This document shows, one piece after another, positions 24,741 through 37,449 of a stretch of DNA of 64,000 nucleotides. A program made the position numbers and the translations under genes. The stretch is from Felis catus. Its lineage: Eukaryota. Position 1 is the first letter of the stretch, and every line of letters starts with the position of its first letter. The notes under the pieces are model-generated. The model was given only the letters and a program-made list of their open reading frames with translations, searched no databases and was not told the DNA's origin. The stretch is taken from the NCBI RefSeq assembly GCF_018350175.1, contig NC_058368.1, positions 88,414,001-88,478,000 of the forward strand. The letters are read 5' to 3'.

Positions 24741-26379
24741 CCACTGTGCACCTATCCATGGCAGCATCAAAACATCTTTGGCCTCAACCACTGTTTCAGG
24801 AAAATGCTTGAAAAGTCAATCTCAGCATTTATTTCCAAGGTTCCAAGCCACATCTGAGGAAGGAAAGATCAGCAACAATGCAAAGAGAGCCTCTCAGCCC
24901 AGCCCTGCTCACCAGCCCTGAGGTCCAGGGGTCCAAGGGTCCAGAGGGAAGGACTCATAGGGTTGAGTAAGACAGTCTCCTCAGCATTGACTCCATAAGG
25001 ATGTCACTTTCTTGGCTTATCCTTGTGCAGCCTGCAGATATCCAACAGAATATGTGGGATTTCTGGAAACTTGGGGGCTATAGTGGGTGGTGGGGGCATT
25101 CTAGGCCCATGTTTTTGAGGAAAGATGCCACATGGTTAAGACCCCAGGCCTGGGTGCTCTGGGGATGGGCCGGCTGTAGATGTGTTCAGAGGTCATGGCA
25201 ATGCTCAGGGCTGTGTGGTCAGTGGTGGGCTTGGGGTCAGTGGGCCCCCTGCAATGCCCTTCCTGCACAGAGTGGGGCTTTTCTGTCTCTGTAACCCCAG
25301 TGACTGGCTGGGGTGCCAAGGTAGGCACTTAGAAGATGTTAAAAATAGAATATTAGAACTAGTCCAGCCCACTACGCTGCTCCCGCCTACCCACGCCGCT
25401 CTGGTATCTCCCTTGATGCCTGCTTGGCACGACGTATCTGGAGGACCAGTGCCTGGGCAAAAGCCATGCCCATCAGTGGTGAATAAGAATTACTTGAATT
25501 CCTGATGTGTTAAGTAACTTGTCTGATCCCAGTGTGAAGGCTGAAGAGACAGTTGCTGGGGTTGGGGGGTCAGAGTGAGTAGGGGAAGAGATTGGATTCA
25601 ATGGCTGGAATCCCCCAAGACTCTGATACTTGGAGGGGCCCAGAGATGGTGTTCGTGGGTAAGGCATGCACCTTCCCTCCCAGTGCATTTTATCCCTCTC
25701 TGCCCCACCTCTCAGAAGTCTTCATGGGAGGGCCCCCTTGTAGGTATCCTCTGATGTGTCTGATGACCAAAGTATCACCTGGATCACATACTTGGGCAAA
25801 GGGTTCCCAATCAGGATTCTGACCCTAAACCATGAGATGCATGTGCAAACTTGGAACACCCCTCTTCAGGACATCATCCTCAGTTGGGACTCAGAGAAGG
25901 AGCCCCCCAGCATGGAAGTGGGTGCTTGGTCCTCGTGCCCTCAGAACAGGGCCTTTCTCATGTGTGAGGGAGGCATTTGGTGTGCTGTTGTCCATCACTT
26001 CCCCACTGTATGGTCCTTGCCTCTTCCCACAGGATCCCTTGCAGGAAAAGCTTCTTAGGGTTCATCTCTTTCAATTTCCCTCTTCCTTCCCTCATTGAGG
26101 AAAGTTCTGAAGCACATTGTCTTGTTCCTTTGTAAAACCATTGTTTCAGAGTTGGAAACATCACCAGGAGACAGCTGAGCCCAGAGTTGTCTTTGCTGAT
26201 ACTTAATAAGCGGAGCTTAGGAGGAAATCAGAACCACTGCAGGTCCCACCAATGTCCCCACTGGGAATTAATCCCATCAGGACACCAGGCCTCATTAACT
26301 TCAGGGCATCCCTGCCCTCCGTACTGGTGCTCCTCCTTCCTCTTAGCTGTTGTGGGTTTTTAGTTAGTTGTTGTGCAGT

Positions 26380-27797
26380 GTGTAAGATAGGGGTCTGGTG
26401 TTACGCTTGGGGCTGTCCAGTTTTCCCAGCACCATTAATTGAAGAGACTGTCTTTTCACCATTGCGTATTATTGGCTCCTTTGTTGCGAATTAATTGTCC
26501 ATGTATGTGTGGATTTGCTTCTGGGCTCTCCATTCTGTTCCATTGGTCTTTCTATCTCTTGGCCCATATCATACTGTTGGTTACTGTAGCTTTGTAATAT
26601 AGTTTCAAATCAGGGAATGTGATGCCTCCTGGTTTGTTCTTCTTATACAGGCACTTTGGCTATTCATGGTCCTCTGTGGTTTCATACACGTTTTAGGATT
26701 TTTCTAGTTCTGTGCAAAATGGTACTAGAATGTTGATCAGGAGGGATTACATTGCATCTGTACATCACTTTGGGTAAAATGACAATTCCATAATATTCAT
26801 TTTTATAATCCAGGAACACATAATATCTTTCCATTTCTTCATCAATGTCTTATTTCCATGATACAAGTTTTTCATGTCTGTAGTAAAATTTTTTTCTAAT
26901 TGTTTTCATAACTTCTTTTGATGGTTCATTATGAGCTTGTCAAATGTAATGATTTTTGTATCTTGAATTTGTATCCTACAATTTCACTGAGTTTATTTGT
27001 TTTAACTTTTTTTTGTATTTGTGTGGAGTGAGTGGTGAAAGATGGGAACTCAAAATGGCATGTTTCTACCATATCCTAGGTCATCCACAACATCCACAGC
27101 AGAGTGGCCACTAATATAATTCTACCACAGTGTCCTTTAGTAATATGTTGCATCTTGTGAACTGTGTCCAGGTAGGGTTTGGCCTCCATCATAAGGTTTG
27201 ATATGTTCTGCACTTTTCTGGTATGTTACTAATATAGTTGTTCTGAGAAGTCATGTAGTTTCCATAAATTTCCAACATATAGAAAACCTGCAATAGCAGT
27301 AGAAATACTCTTTATCTCTGCACTCAGCTTCACCAGCTGTCATTTTACACAGTTGCCACTTCTTATGACATACTTCTTTGTTTTTTACTCAAAACAGGAC
27401 ACCTTCCCCAGGAATTGTTATAGAACTCCCAAACAGGGAAATCATTATGGTTTCCTCATGATAATCTAATCCAGAGGCCACTTCAACTGTAATCACCTGC
27501 CTGAACTCTGTGACAATGACTCCTCCTGTTGTGACCCACTTTTCTGTTCTTGAGACTTTCACTCACTTCACAACCATGATTGATTTAAAGATCACAGAGG
27601 GCTCCAATCTGGGCAGCCTTTTCTGTGTGGCTTCTGTAATTTAGTATTTTCAATCTTTGTTCATGTTGTGATATGTTTTAGTACTTTAGTCATGATTTTA
27701 ATTGTGGTTCAATTTACAAAATATAATAGTGACCATTTAAAAGATTTTTAAAAAGTTTTTAAAAAATGTTTATGTACTTTTGAGAGGGAGAAGGAGA

Positions 27798-27833
<36 letters not shown>

Positions 27834-28400
27834 ATCTGAAGCAGACTCCAGGCTTTGAGCTGTCGGCACAGAGCCCAACGCAGGGCTCGAATCTACAAAC
27901 TGTGAGATCATGACCCAAGTTGAAGTTGGACCCTTAACTGACTGAGCTACTCAGGCAACCCTAAAAGATTTTAAGTCTACAGTTGTATGCCACTAAATAT
28001 ATTACCATTGTGCACAAATCACCACCTTCCACCTTGAGAATGTTTAAATTTTGACCAAGTGAAAGTCTGTGTATATTAAACATTAACTCCCCATTCCCAT
28101 TTCTCCTCTGCCTGTCAACCATATGTTACTTTTTGTAGGTGAATTTGATTATTATGGATACCCCAAACAAGTAGAATCTTATAATATTCTTTTCTGTGAT
28201 TAGATTATTACCCTTAAGATTTTGAGGAACTCCCACTCAGTTTTCCTCAGTAGCTGCTCAAATTTATTTCATTTGTTGATATATTGGAAGAACATTTCTG
28301 TGTATGGATCTACCCCATGTTGTATATTCTTTTACCCTTTGTGGCATGTTTGCATATTTTGTACCATTTTCCAATTGTGAATAGTATTGCTATGAATATT
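26380..28400 (-). mobile_element. Antisense L1 fragments, with a Can-SINE at ~27760-27962
   Basis: tccagttttcccagcaccatt...gaagagactgtc and gtagctttgtaatatagtttc are reverse ORF2 motifs; older 3' UTR-like pieces follow. Confidence 0.75.
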
Positions 28401-28404
28401 TATG

Positions 28405-29320
28405 TTGGCTTTAGTTATGATTACGGTTCTGGTTCATGATGTGTGGATCATGGTGTATGATTTATAGATTATGGTTTTAGGATTCTATTATTTAATGGTG
28501 TATGGTTTTGGGTTGATGGCATATGGCTTTTTGGTCACACACCCTTATGATTTAGGTGTTTTGTGTGAGGAGGTGGGAAGAAGAATGTTATTGGGTTTGA
28601 GATGAAATATTTCTTGTGGGTGAGTGGATGAGGGGGTAAGCTGGTGGATGTTTGTGGGGGGAGGGCTTAGGAGGTTTAGTGGGTGGTGTGTGGGGGAGCT
28701 AGTGGGTTCAGAATTTGGAAGCGATGGTTTAAGGGTGAGTGAGTGAAGGTCTGAGAGGGTAATTGTTTAAGTGGTAAGGGGGTGACAGTATTGGCTGTGG
28801 GTTTAGAAGGTTTTGGGAATAGGGGCGCCTGGGTGGCGCAGTCAGTTAAGCGTCCGACTTCAGCCAGGTCACGATCTCGCGGTCCGTGAGTTCGAGCCCC
28901 GCGTCGGGCTCTGGGCTGATGGCTCAGAGCCTGGAGCCTGTTTCCGATTCTGTGTCTCCCCCTCTCTCTGCCCCTCCCCCGTTCATGCTCTGTTTCTCTC
29001 TGTCCGAAAAATAAATAGACATTGAAAAAAAATTTTTAGAAGGTTTTGGGAATGAATGCTTATTAGTTGAGAGATTAGAGAGATCAGGTGGTAATGGTTT
29101 AGGGCATGAGGGTTTAGGAAATGAGGATAGGAGTAGGGTGGGCCTTGAGTCATTGGAGATAATGGTTAATGTGTTTAGGCTGGAGAAGTGGAAGATGCAA
29201 GGAGAACCCGGTTGTCCAGAGGACTCATTAGGGACAGCACTAGACTGATTAACTGGAATTTGTGGGTTCCAACCTAGAGGTAGAAGACCCTGAGAGAGTT
29301 AGGGTTTAGGATCAGGGTAC
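28405..29320 (+). repeat. G/T-skewed degenerate low-complexity tract, partly hexameric
   Basis: tatggt/ttaggg/gggttt-like units with very few C on the + strand; ends gagttagggtttagg. Confidence 0.6.
28822..29035 (+). mobile_element. Young felid Can-SINE
   Basis: ggggcgcctgggtggcgcagtcagttaagcgtccgac with CpGs intact; perfect TSD agaaggttttgggaat. Confidence 0.95.
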
Positions 29321-29477
29321 ATTCTGAATTCAGATATGTGGTTTGCAAATATTTTCTCCCAGTTTGTGGCTTGTCTTTGGTTTTGTGAACAAGGTTTATC
29401 AAGGGTAGAAGTTTTATTTTATAAAGTCGATGTTATCAATTTTTCTCTTTTCTGGATTGGTCTTTTTGTCTGTGTTT

Positions 29478-29561
29478 TATTTTTTAAATGTTTATTTATT
29501 TTGAGAGATAGGCACTGTCTACACAGAGCCCATGTAGGGCCGATCTCACCAATCATGAGAT
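29478..29561 (-). mobile_element. Partial Can-SINE interrupted by the ERV 5' LTR
   Basis: tttaaatgtttatttattttgagaga...cacagagccc...catgagat stops at the LTR, where the consensus would continue catgacctgagc. Confidence 0.8.
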
Positions 29562-29859
29562 TCTTGGAGAAGTAAATAAAGTATGCCAAAGATGGCTGAC
29601 AGGGCTAAAACAGACTCTGGTCTCTATCTTAGAGACCTTTCCTCTGGTTTCTTCTTCCTTTGTTTGCTGTGCCTATGAAAACCCCCACAGATATGGAGGC
29701 TGTAGGCTATAAATTACCCTCCCCACTTGCATTCCGGGCTCAGACCTTTGGAGAAACAGTCTCCTCTGAGCCCACCTGTGTTAAATAAATCTCCAATCCA
29801 CCAAGATCTCTGAGTGCTGCCTGGTTTTTCTGCCAGCATTCCAGCCTAGTTCTGTAACA
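29562..29859 (+). mobile_element. ERV 5' LTR
   Basis: Homologous to 22842-23137; TATA and poly-A signal; ends taaCA; PBS follows. Confidence 0.92.
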
Positions 29860-29863
29860 TACT

Positions 29864-29881
29864 TGGTTCCATGACCGGGAA
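29864..29881 (+). promoter_or_regulatory. Primer-binding site, tRNA-Glu
   Basis: TGGTTCCATGACCGGGAA matches TGGTTCCCTGACCGGGAA (complement of the tRNA-Glu 3' end, as recalled) at 17/18. Confidence 0.85.
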
Positions 29882-30221
29882 ACCCAACCGCGCTGGTCTA
29901 GTGTTGCCACCAGTTTGGGAGAACAGCGAGGTGGTGACGTGGTGACGGAGGAGCGAGGGATCGCAAGGGAGAAGGCACGCCCTGCCTGAATTTTGGGAGT
30001 CACCTTCTCAGTTGCCTCAGGCCGGCCCGCTCCTTTGTTCCCACCGGACTCAAAGAAACCTGGTAGGTGAAGACCTGGACCCAATGTTGGAACCAGTAAG
30101 GCCAGGGCCCCAAAGAAGTCAGGCCCACCCAAAAGGGTGGAAGGGGGACCTGATCAATCCCCAGAGGCCTTAACAGTTCTCACAGGTAGAGAATTTTGCA
30201 GGAGAGAATGTAATAGACTCT

Positions 30222-30263
<42 letters not shown>

Positions 30264-30571
30264 TGAAGCTCAGCCAGGCTTGCCAGTCGAGTTCGTGTTT
30301 GTGGATCAACGGACGGGCACCCTTAAGGCCCCCAAAAGTCTACGGAGTCTGAATGGGCTTTCCTGTGTTGTGGTGAGCGTATAAGGTCTAGCTAGGGCAG
30401 CATTGGATCAGATTCCAATCACAGGTCACAAAGCTGAGTCCGCTATGGCCAAACCTCACCTAAAGTTTCCCTCAGGAACACGAGCAGACGAATATCTCAT
30501 TGGTCCTCTCATCTGAGGGGATGCCCTCCCTTTGTCTCTTTGCAACACCGAACATGAGAAAGAGATTAATA

Positions 30572-32155
30572 ATGGGATCAAAACAGAGTAAGCCTACGAT
30601 TTTAGAGGTCATGCTTAAAAATTTTAAAAAGGGATTTTCAGGTGATTATGGGGTGAAAATGACACCCAGGAAGTTAAGGACCTTTTGTGAACTAGAATGG
30701 CCCATATTCAATGTATGATGGCCCCCAGAAGGGACATTCGATGCTCAAATAGTGCAGTGGGTCTAGCTAATAGTCACTGGGAACCCAGGCCACCCTGACC
30801 AATTTCCATACATTGACTCGGATTGAAATTGCCTGAAATCCCCCGCCTTGGGTGCAATTCATCATTAGCAAACAGAGACAGGCAAAGGTTTTAGCCACTT
30901 TATCTGGAGGCTCACCCAGGGAGCCAAAGAAGCGACTCACTGCTCCTCTAATATTTAAAGGAGACATGGAGGAAGATATTGTCTTTCTACCTCCTTATGA
31001 CTTGCCAAGCTCCCTCCCCGCTCTCCTGAGCTTGGAACTCCTCCCCCATCTGTCTCTCTGCCACCCCCGCTCATCTTCCCGCCCTTCTCAGACTGAAGAA
31101 CCCTCCCCCACAAGGGCCAGCAGACAGGCTGTGCCCCAGACCCAGACCTAACGCTCTCCAAATGCCTGTAAGGGAGATGAGAGAGCCTGAAAGACAGAAT
31201 GAGGATGGAACAGTCCAGCCCAGCCGTTCCATGATGCATTATCAACCTTTCTCTACAACCGACCTCCTCAATTGGAGACACAACACTTCATCATACTCTG
31301 AAAAGCCAGAAGCAACGGTCAACTTGATGGAGTCCCTCTTCCAGACACACCAACCGACTTGGGAAGATTGTCAACAGTTACTCCCTACTCTGTTTAATAC
31401 AGAAGAAAGAAAAAGAAGAATGAGAGAAACACAACAGTACCTAGAAGATCACGCACCCCCGGGGATTAATGACCCTGCTGTCTGTGCTCAAGCTGCCACA
31501 CCTGAAGAATGCCCAACATGGGATTTCAGAACAGAAGAAGGACAGGCCCACATCCAATGATAGCACGAAGCCCTCTTCTGGGGAGTCCTAGCTGGATCCA
31601 GAAAGCCCGTGAACATGACTAAAATATCATCAGTCATGCAGCACCCTGGGGAGTCTCTCAGAGACTACTATGATAGATTATGTGAAGCATACTGTGTATA
31701 TACCCCGTTTGACCCCGAGGCACCAGAAAGTCAACAGATGGTAAATACCTCTTTTGTGGCACAGGCTGCCCCAGATATCAGAAGAAAACTCCAGAAGTTG
31801 GAGGGCTTTGCTGGGGTGAATATCACTCAGCTGATAGAGGTCGCCAACAAAGTTATCATGAACCGAGAATTTGCAGCCAAAAGAGAAGCGGAGAGAAGAC
31901 TAAAAAAGAAAGCCATCCTTCTTACAGCGGCACTAAAAGAAACAGATGCTGCGAAGATGGAAAGACCCTAACCACCAAATAGGGGGAAGCCCAGAGCCCC
32001 CTTAGCAAGGGACCAATGTGCATACTGCAAAGAGAAAGGACACTGGAAGAATGAATGTCTGAATTGGAAGGGGCCCTCAAAACCCAGCCAGGAGGGTTCA
32101 GGAGGAACCTTGAGGCAAGAACCTCGTTGGTCTGGCTGGGGTAGAATCGGACTGA
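30572..32155 (+). pseudogene. gag: Gamma-like ERV gag, disrupted
   Basis: MGSKQSK (myristoylation Gly), YQPFSTTDLLNW, HQPTWEDCQQLL, QAAPDIRRKLQKLEG, zinc knuckle CAYCKEKGHWKNEC (~32017-32058); multiple stops; ends GAC TGA GGG. Confidence 0.93.
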
Positions 32156-35100
32156 GGGGGACCGGGCTCTTTCTCTCTTGGCCTCCACAAGCCCATGGTC
32201 AAAATGAAGGTAGGGGGGCAGAACAATAACTTTCATAGTTGACACTGGGGCTGAATACTCCATTGTTACTTCCCCAGTGGCGCCCTTCAGCCAAAAGACT
32301 GAAACCATACTTGGGGCTACTGGGACACAGGTGATGCAGCAGCCCTTCTGTCAAGCTCGACAATGTTCTCAAAAGAGAACAAGGTCCAGAATGAGTTCCT
32401 TTACTTACCTGACTGCCCGATTCCTCTCCTGGGCTGGGATCTGATCTCTAAACTTGGGGCCCAGACAACTTTTGATCCCACTGGACACACTAGCCTCCAA
32501 TTATACCCAAGGCAGAAATAAACCCTGGTCTTGGCGATTACCCTGCCAAGGGAAGAAAAATGGAGACTATTCTGTGCCCAAGCCCTACCCTGTAGCCCCT
32601 CAGAATTCAGGCTTACATTCCCCTCTGTATGGGCTGAAGATAACCCACTTGGACTAGCTTGGAGTTGGGGCCCCACCATTGTTGACCTGATCCCTGGAGC
32701 CCAACCTCAGAGACAAAGGCAGTACCCCCTTCCACTCGAGGCTACAATGGGTATACAAGAGCACCTGACCAAGCTGAGAAGTAGGTATTCTAATTGAGTG
32801 CCATTTGGCTTGGAATACCCCACTCTTGCCAGTCAAGAAGCCAGGAGGAGAATACCTACCAGTACAGGATTTGAGGGACATTAACAAAGTGACTGTTTCC
32901 TTACACCCAGTGGTTCTGAACCTGTATACTCTCCTCAGGCAAATTCCGGGGTCAGCCAGATGGTTTACATGCCTTGACCTAAAGGACACTTTCTTCTGCC
33001 TCCACCTGGCTCCTCAAAGTCAACCATTGTGTGCCTTTGAATGGACTGAGCCCGTTACAGGGTGCCAGATGAAGCTGACCTGGACACGACTTCCCCAAGG
33101 TTTCAAGAACTTGCCCACTTTTTGGGGGAAGTGCTAGCTGCAGACCTCGCTGACTTTCCGAGGGAAACCACAGGGTGTGTCCTCCTCCAATATGTAAATG
33201 ACCTCTTCCTTGCCAGCGACACCCAAGAAGACTGTATGAAAGGTACCAAGGTCCTCCTGCAGCTCCTGTCCTATTCAGGGTACCGGGCCTCTTGGAAGAA
33301 GGCACAGGTTTGCCAGCAGCAGGTCCGATATTTAGGCTTCCTCCTCACAAAAGGAAAAAGAGAACTAGGACCGGAAAAGAAGAAAGTTATCACCACACTG
33401 CCACAACCCCAAACAAAATGAGGCTTTCATGAATTTTTAGGGGTCACAAGGTTCTGTCGCATTTGGATTCCTGGATTCTCAACCATAGTGAGACCCCTCT
33501 ATGACCTGTTGGGAGGGCAAGACCAGGAGCCCCTTGCATGGACTGAGGAGGCAAGGGCCGCTTTCACAGAAATAAAGTCAGCTCTGGGACGAGCCCCAGT
33601 CCTGGGTTTGCCTGACATAGAAAGGCCCTTTAACCTCTTTGTACATGAAAAGGACAAAATAGCCCTTGGAGTGCTCACTCAGAGCATGGGGTCTTGGCAA
33701 TGGACAGTGGCCTACCTGTCAAAAAAACTTGATCCTGTGGCTGCAGGATGGCCACCATGCCTCAGAGCACTGGCAGCCACAGTCCTGCTCATCAAGGAGG
33801 CAAACTCATACTGGTACAAACATTTAATGTTAAGGTCTCACAAGCGGTCATGTCCCTCATAAGCACCCCAGGATATCATTTCCTCTCCAATTCTCAGCTG
33901 ACACAATATCAAGGCCTTCTCTACGAAAACACAAGGGTCACTCTTGAAACAGTAAGAACACTAAACCCGGCCACCTTCCTTTCCAAGGAGGAGGGATAAC
34001 CTGACCATGACAGTTCCAAAGTAGTGGATGACGTCTACACCAGCCACCCGGGCCTCCAAGACCAGCTTATAACAATCCCAGAGATCACCCCGTTCAGCAG
34101 TGGGAGCAACTATTTACAAGAAGGCAGCCAAAGAGCAGGATATGCGGTAACCACCGAAATTCTGGAAGCCAAGGCCTTGCCGGAAGGATGGTTGGCACTA
34201 TGGGCTGAACTGCACGCCTTAAACCGAGCCCGCATCCTTAGCAAAGGTAAACAAGTCAACATCTACACTGATTCCTGGTATGCCTTCGCTACTGTGCATG
34301 TACACGGGACCATCTATAAAGAAAGAGGCCTCCTTACTGCTGCAGGGAAAACTATCAAAAACAAGGAAGAAATACTAAAGCTTCTTGAGGCCGTATGGCT
34401 GCCAGACAAAGTAGCTATCCTACACTTTAAGGGACATCAGAAAAAAGACAACCCCATAACTCAAGGAAATCGCCTGGCTGACAAAACAGCCAGAGCAGCC
34501 ACCTGTGGTGACCCAGGTGAAGCTCCTACCTATGACTCTTGCACCCCAGAGGGAAGCCTCCCTGCCCCAATGAAGAAAGAAGTTGGGCCTCAACAGAAGG
34601 GGACACAGTAAGCAAAGAGGAATGGGGGGTCATGCCAAATGGGCACATCTTTGTCCCGACATCTATGGGAAAACACCTAGTGAAGGAATATCACCAACTC
34701 ACACACCTAGGGAAAACTGCACTGGAGGCCCTCCTCAAAAAGGACTACTATATCAGCCAGCTGCCGGCATTATGCCAAGCTGTCAGTGAGCAATGTGTAA
34801 CGTGTGCCAAAAACAATGCTTGGTCTGCCCCATGGCCCCTGCCTGGCACGCAAAGGATGGGGGGCCACCCCTTTTGAAGACTTAGAGGTGGACTTTACTG
34901 ACATACAACCAAATAAAAGGTTCAGGTACCTTTTTGTAATAATCTGCACACATTGGGGGTGGGGTGAAGCATTCCCAACCAGAACGGAATGAAGTCGCAA
35001 GGTGGCTAAAGCCCTTCTATGGGAGATTGTGCCTTGATTTGGTCTACCCGTAACCATACACAGTGATAACGGAACTGCATTTGTGGCAGATGTTATACAA

Positions 35101-35730
35101 ACCCTGACAACGTCCCTCAACACTACCTGGAAACTGCACACTGCTTACCGACCCCAGAGCTCAGGGAAAGTAGAGCGGATGAATCGCACCCTCAAGGAAA
35201 CCCTGGCTAAGTTCCACCAAGAGACTAATCTCCCATGGCCAGATTTACTACTGCTGGCCCTCCTTCATGCCCAATGCATGCCTGGGGCACTGGGTTTCTC
35301 CCCTTTTTAGTTATTATATGGGCAACCGCCTCCCCCCATGTTTAGGAAAACTCCCAGGAGAGCTACACTAGATTGGAGACAAGGGAATAAGAGAACAGCT
35401 CCAGACCTTGGGGGCAGTCCTAAATAAGTTACAGAGATACACCATAGAGAGGGCCCCAATTTCCTTAGGGACCCCCATTCACCCCTTTCAGCCAGGAGAC
35501 TCTGTGTGGGTCAAAGATAGGAAGAGGGAACCTTAGACCACGGTGGACTGGGCCACATACTGTTTGTTATTCTAACAACTCCTGCAGCCCTTAAAGTTTC
35601 AGGTATCACCCCATGGGTCCATCAACCAGAGTTAAGAAGGCCCACTCAGAAGAACCCACAAAGTGGTGAAGTGATCCAGATCCAGTCAACCCACTTAAAC
35701 TGACCCTCAAAAGGGAACCTGGCCCTTGAG
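32156..35730 (+). pseudogene. pol: Gamma-like ERV pro-pol (PR, RT, RNase H, IN), disrupted
   Basis: VDTGAEYS, WNTPLLPVKKP, LPQGFKN, YVND (catalytic YVDD altered), NIYTDS, HQLTH...CVTC, EVDFT/SDNG/VERMNRTLK; many frameshifts and stops. Confidence 0.95.
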
Positions 35731-36199
35731 AACTCCAGCTCTGCTCCAACCACACCCTGGAAGCTCGTATCTGAGTCACATGGCTTTTCTGGTAATACAA
35801 GGATTTAGATGTTAGGCCTCCATGGTGGAGGCAGGCAAGGGAGAAAGGGGTTTAGACCAGCTGAACGTCGGAGTTTTCTACACAGGCCTACCTGCCCAGA
35901 TCTCCCAGAGACAATGGTCAGAGATTTATAAAACTGATGGACATGTTACTGGGTAGAATAAGGAGTGGGAGGGATGGAAACAGGGTTCTTTCTTGAGCCT
36001 GATTGCACATAAAATACGAATAGATTTCCTTGCTCCCTTTGCCCTCACGCACACTTTGCAGATTAGTCTTGAGTCAAGCACCTTCTCAGGAGCCCATGAA
36101 ATTTGTTCCTCATCCCTGGCGGAGCACCACCACCTCCTAGAGGAGCCTCACTTTTAATCCTTACAACATCATACAAGGTCTTTTCTCCTCTCTTTCTCA

Positions 36200-37240
36200 C
36201 CCATCCTTACCTGAATCTGTGGCCTTGCCACCTTCATATCCAGTCACTTGTCAGGTCCTGTGAGTCCTACCACTGAAGTCTCTCAACCCCTCCCCTCTCT
36301 CTACATAACTCTCAGGGAGGCTTGTGTAGACTCTTCTCTCAACCTGTTTGTAGATTCTACATGAATAGTGCACAGGACTCATTTGAATATTCATATATAT
36401 GCCTTAGCAAGACTCAATGTAAGTAATTCCATAGTCTTTAATGTCTCTTTCTCATGTATTCCTCGTGTAAAACTGAGATGACATTCCGAATGCCTTGTGT
36501 TCTCCTACAATGTTTCTAGTGTCTTTTAAGACCCTTGTCCTATGTCTCTTGCTTCCAAATTCTCCCTGGTCCACAAAAGTCCAGAAATAGTGTTATAAAT
36601 CCCAAAGCTGTTCAAGGCCCCATTTCTCTTCCCTAACATCTTTAATTAACAAATTCTCCACAATTAGGTCCCAACCTAACTCACACCACCCTTCCCCCAG
36701 GACTATGTTTCCTACTGTCTGTGATGCTGTGTCCCCCAACATGGATCCTTCTTTCAGTCCTCACACACATCCTACCCTCCATCTGCCATTGTTCATGCTA
36801 TTCCTGCTGCCTGGGATGTCCTTTCTCACTCTTGACAGTGATAGACTCCTATATATCCTTCATTGCCCATAAATCTTCCCTCAACTCCCTTGGGCAGAGT
36901 TTATTGATGTAAATTCTTTGTAATAGTACATATCTCATAGCACCTGTTCTTAGGATTAAGGGAGTTAACACTGCAAAATACTCAGGTACATGCCTGGCAT
37001 GACACTGAGCAAACACACCATTAACGGCAATGTTATCATTTTTGTTATCACCTTTGTCTGCTGACTGTTGCTGTGATTATAAACATGCATCTGCCTCCTT
37101 CATAAGATGACAGCTCCTTGGGGCAGGGGCCATATTTTATTCCTTTACTGTCTTTCTCTCACTCTGTCCCTCCCACTTACCTCTTCAAGCCTATCATGGT
37201 GCCTAGGGATTAACAGTTTTCCTATAAATATCTGTTAGCC
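36200..37240. mobile_element. Ancient L2/MIR fragments
   Basis: MIR-like aatagtac...ctcatag...aggattaa...gttaa...tgcctggcat (~36920-37030); L2-like ctccttggggcagggg and ttcctgctgcctgggatgtcctt. Confidence 0.55.
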
Positions 37241-37449
37241 ACATCCCAGTTTCCTTTATGTTATTGGTCTTGTTCCTCCCAAAGCCTAGAGCAGGAAGCC
37301 AGTATGTATAGTTAGTAGTCTGTGATTATTTTGTTATTAATCATCATTGCAACTAAGGCTTTACAATTATTAGCACCTTCTAGCTGCTCTTGTACCATTG
37401 TGTTGGCATAAATTTTAAATATTGTTCCTTTTCTATACCAACTACATTT

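Noticed and set aside
24385..24759. EEVGSGCPGVV as a kinase glycine loop
   Set aside because: It lies upstream of the SH2-like motif, out of order with the other motifs, so it is treated as chance.
28822..28900. tRNA gene
   Set aside because: The A/B-box similarity is the tRNA-derived head of a Can-SINE.
22842..29859. A single LTR element that captured host DNA between the two LTRs
   Set aside because: The first LTR has no PBS. The second has a PBS and gag downstream, no PPT upstream, and sits in a SINE. The intervening DNA holds old L1 fragments.
35731..36200. env gene or 3' LTR
   Set aside because: No ORF, no CXXC or immunosuppressive-domain motif, no PPT, and no match to the 5' LTR.
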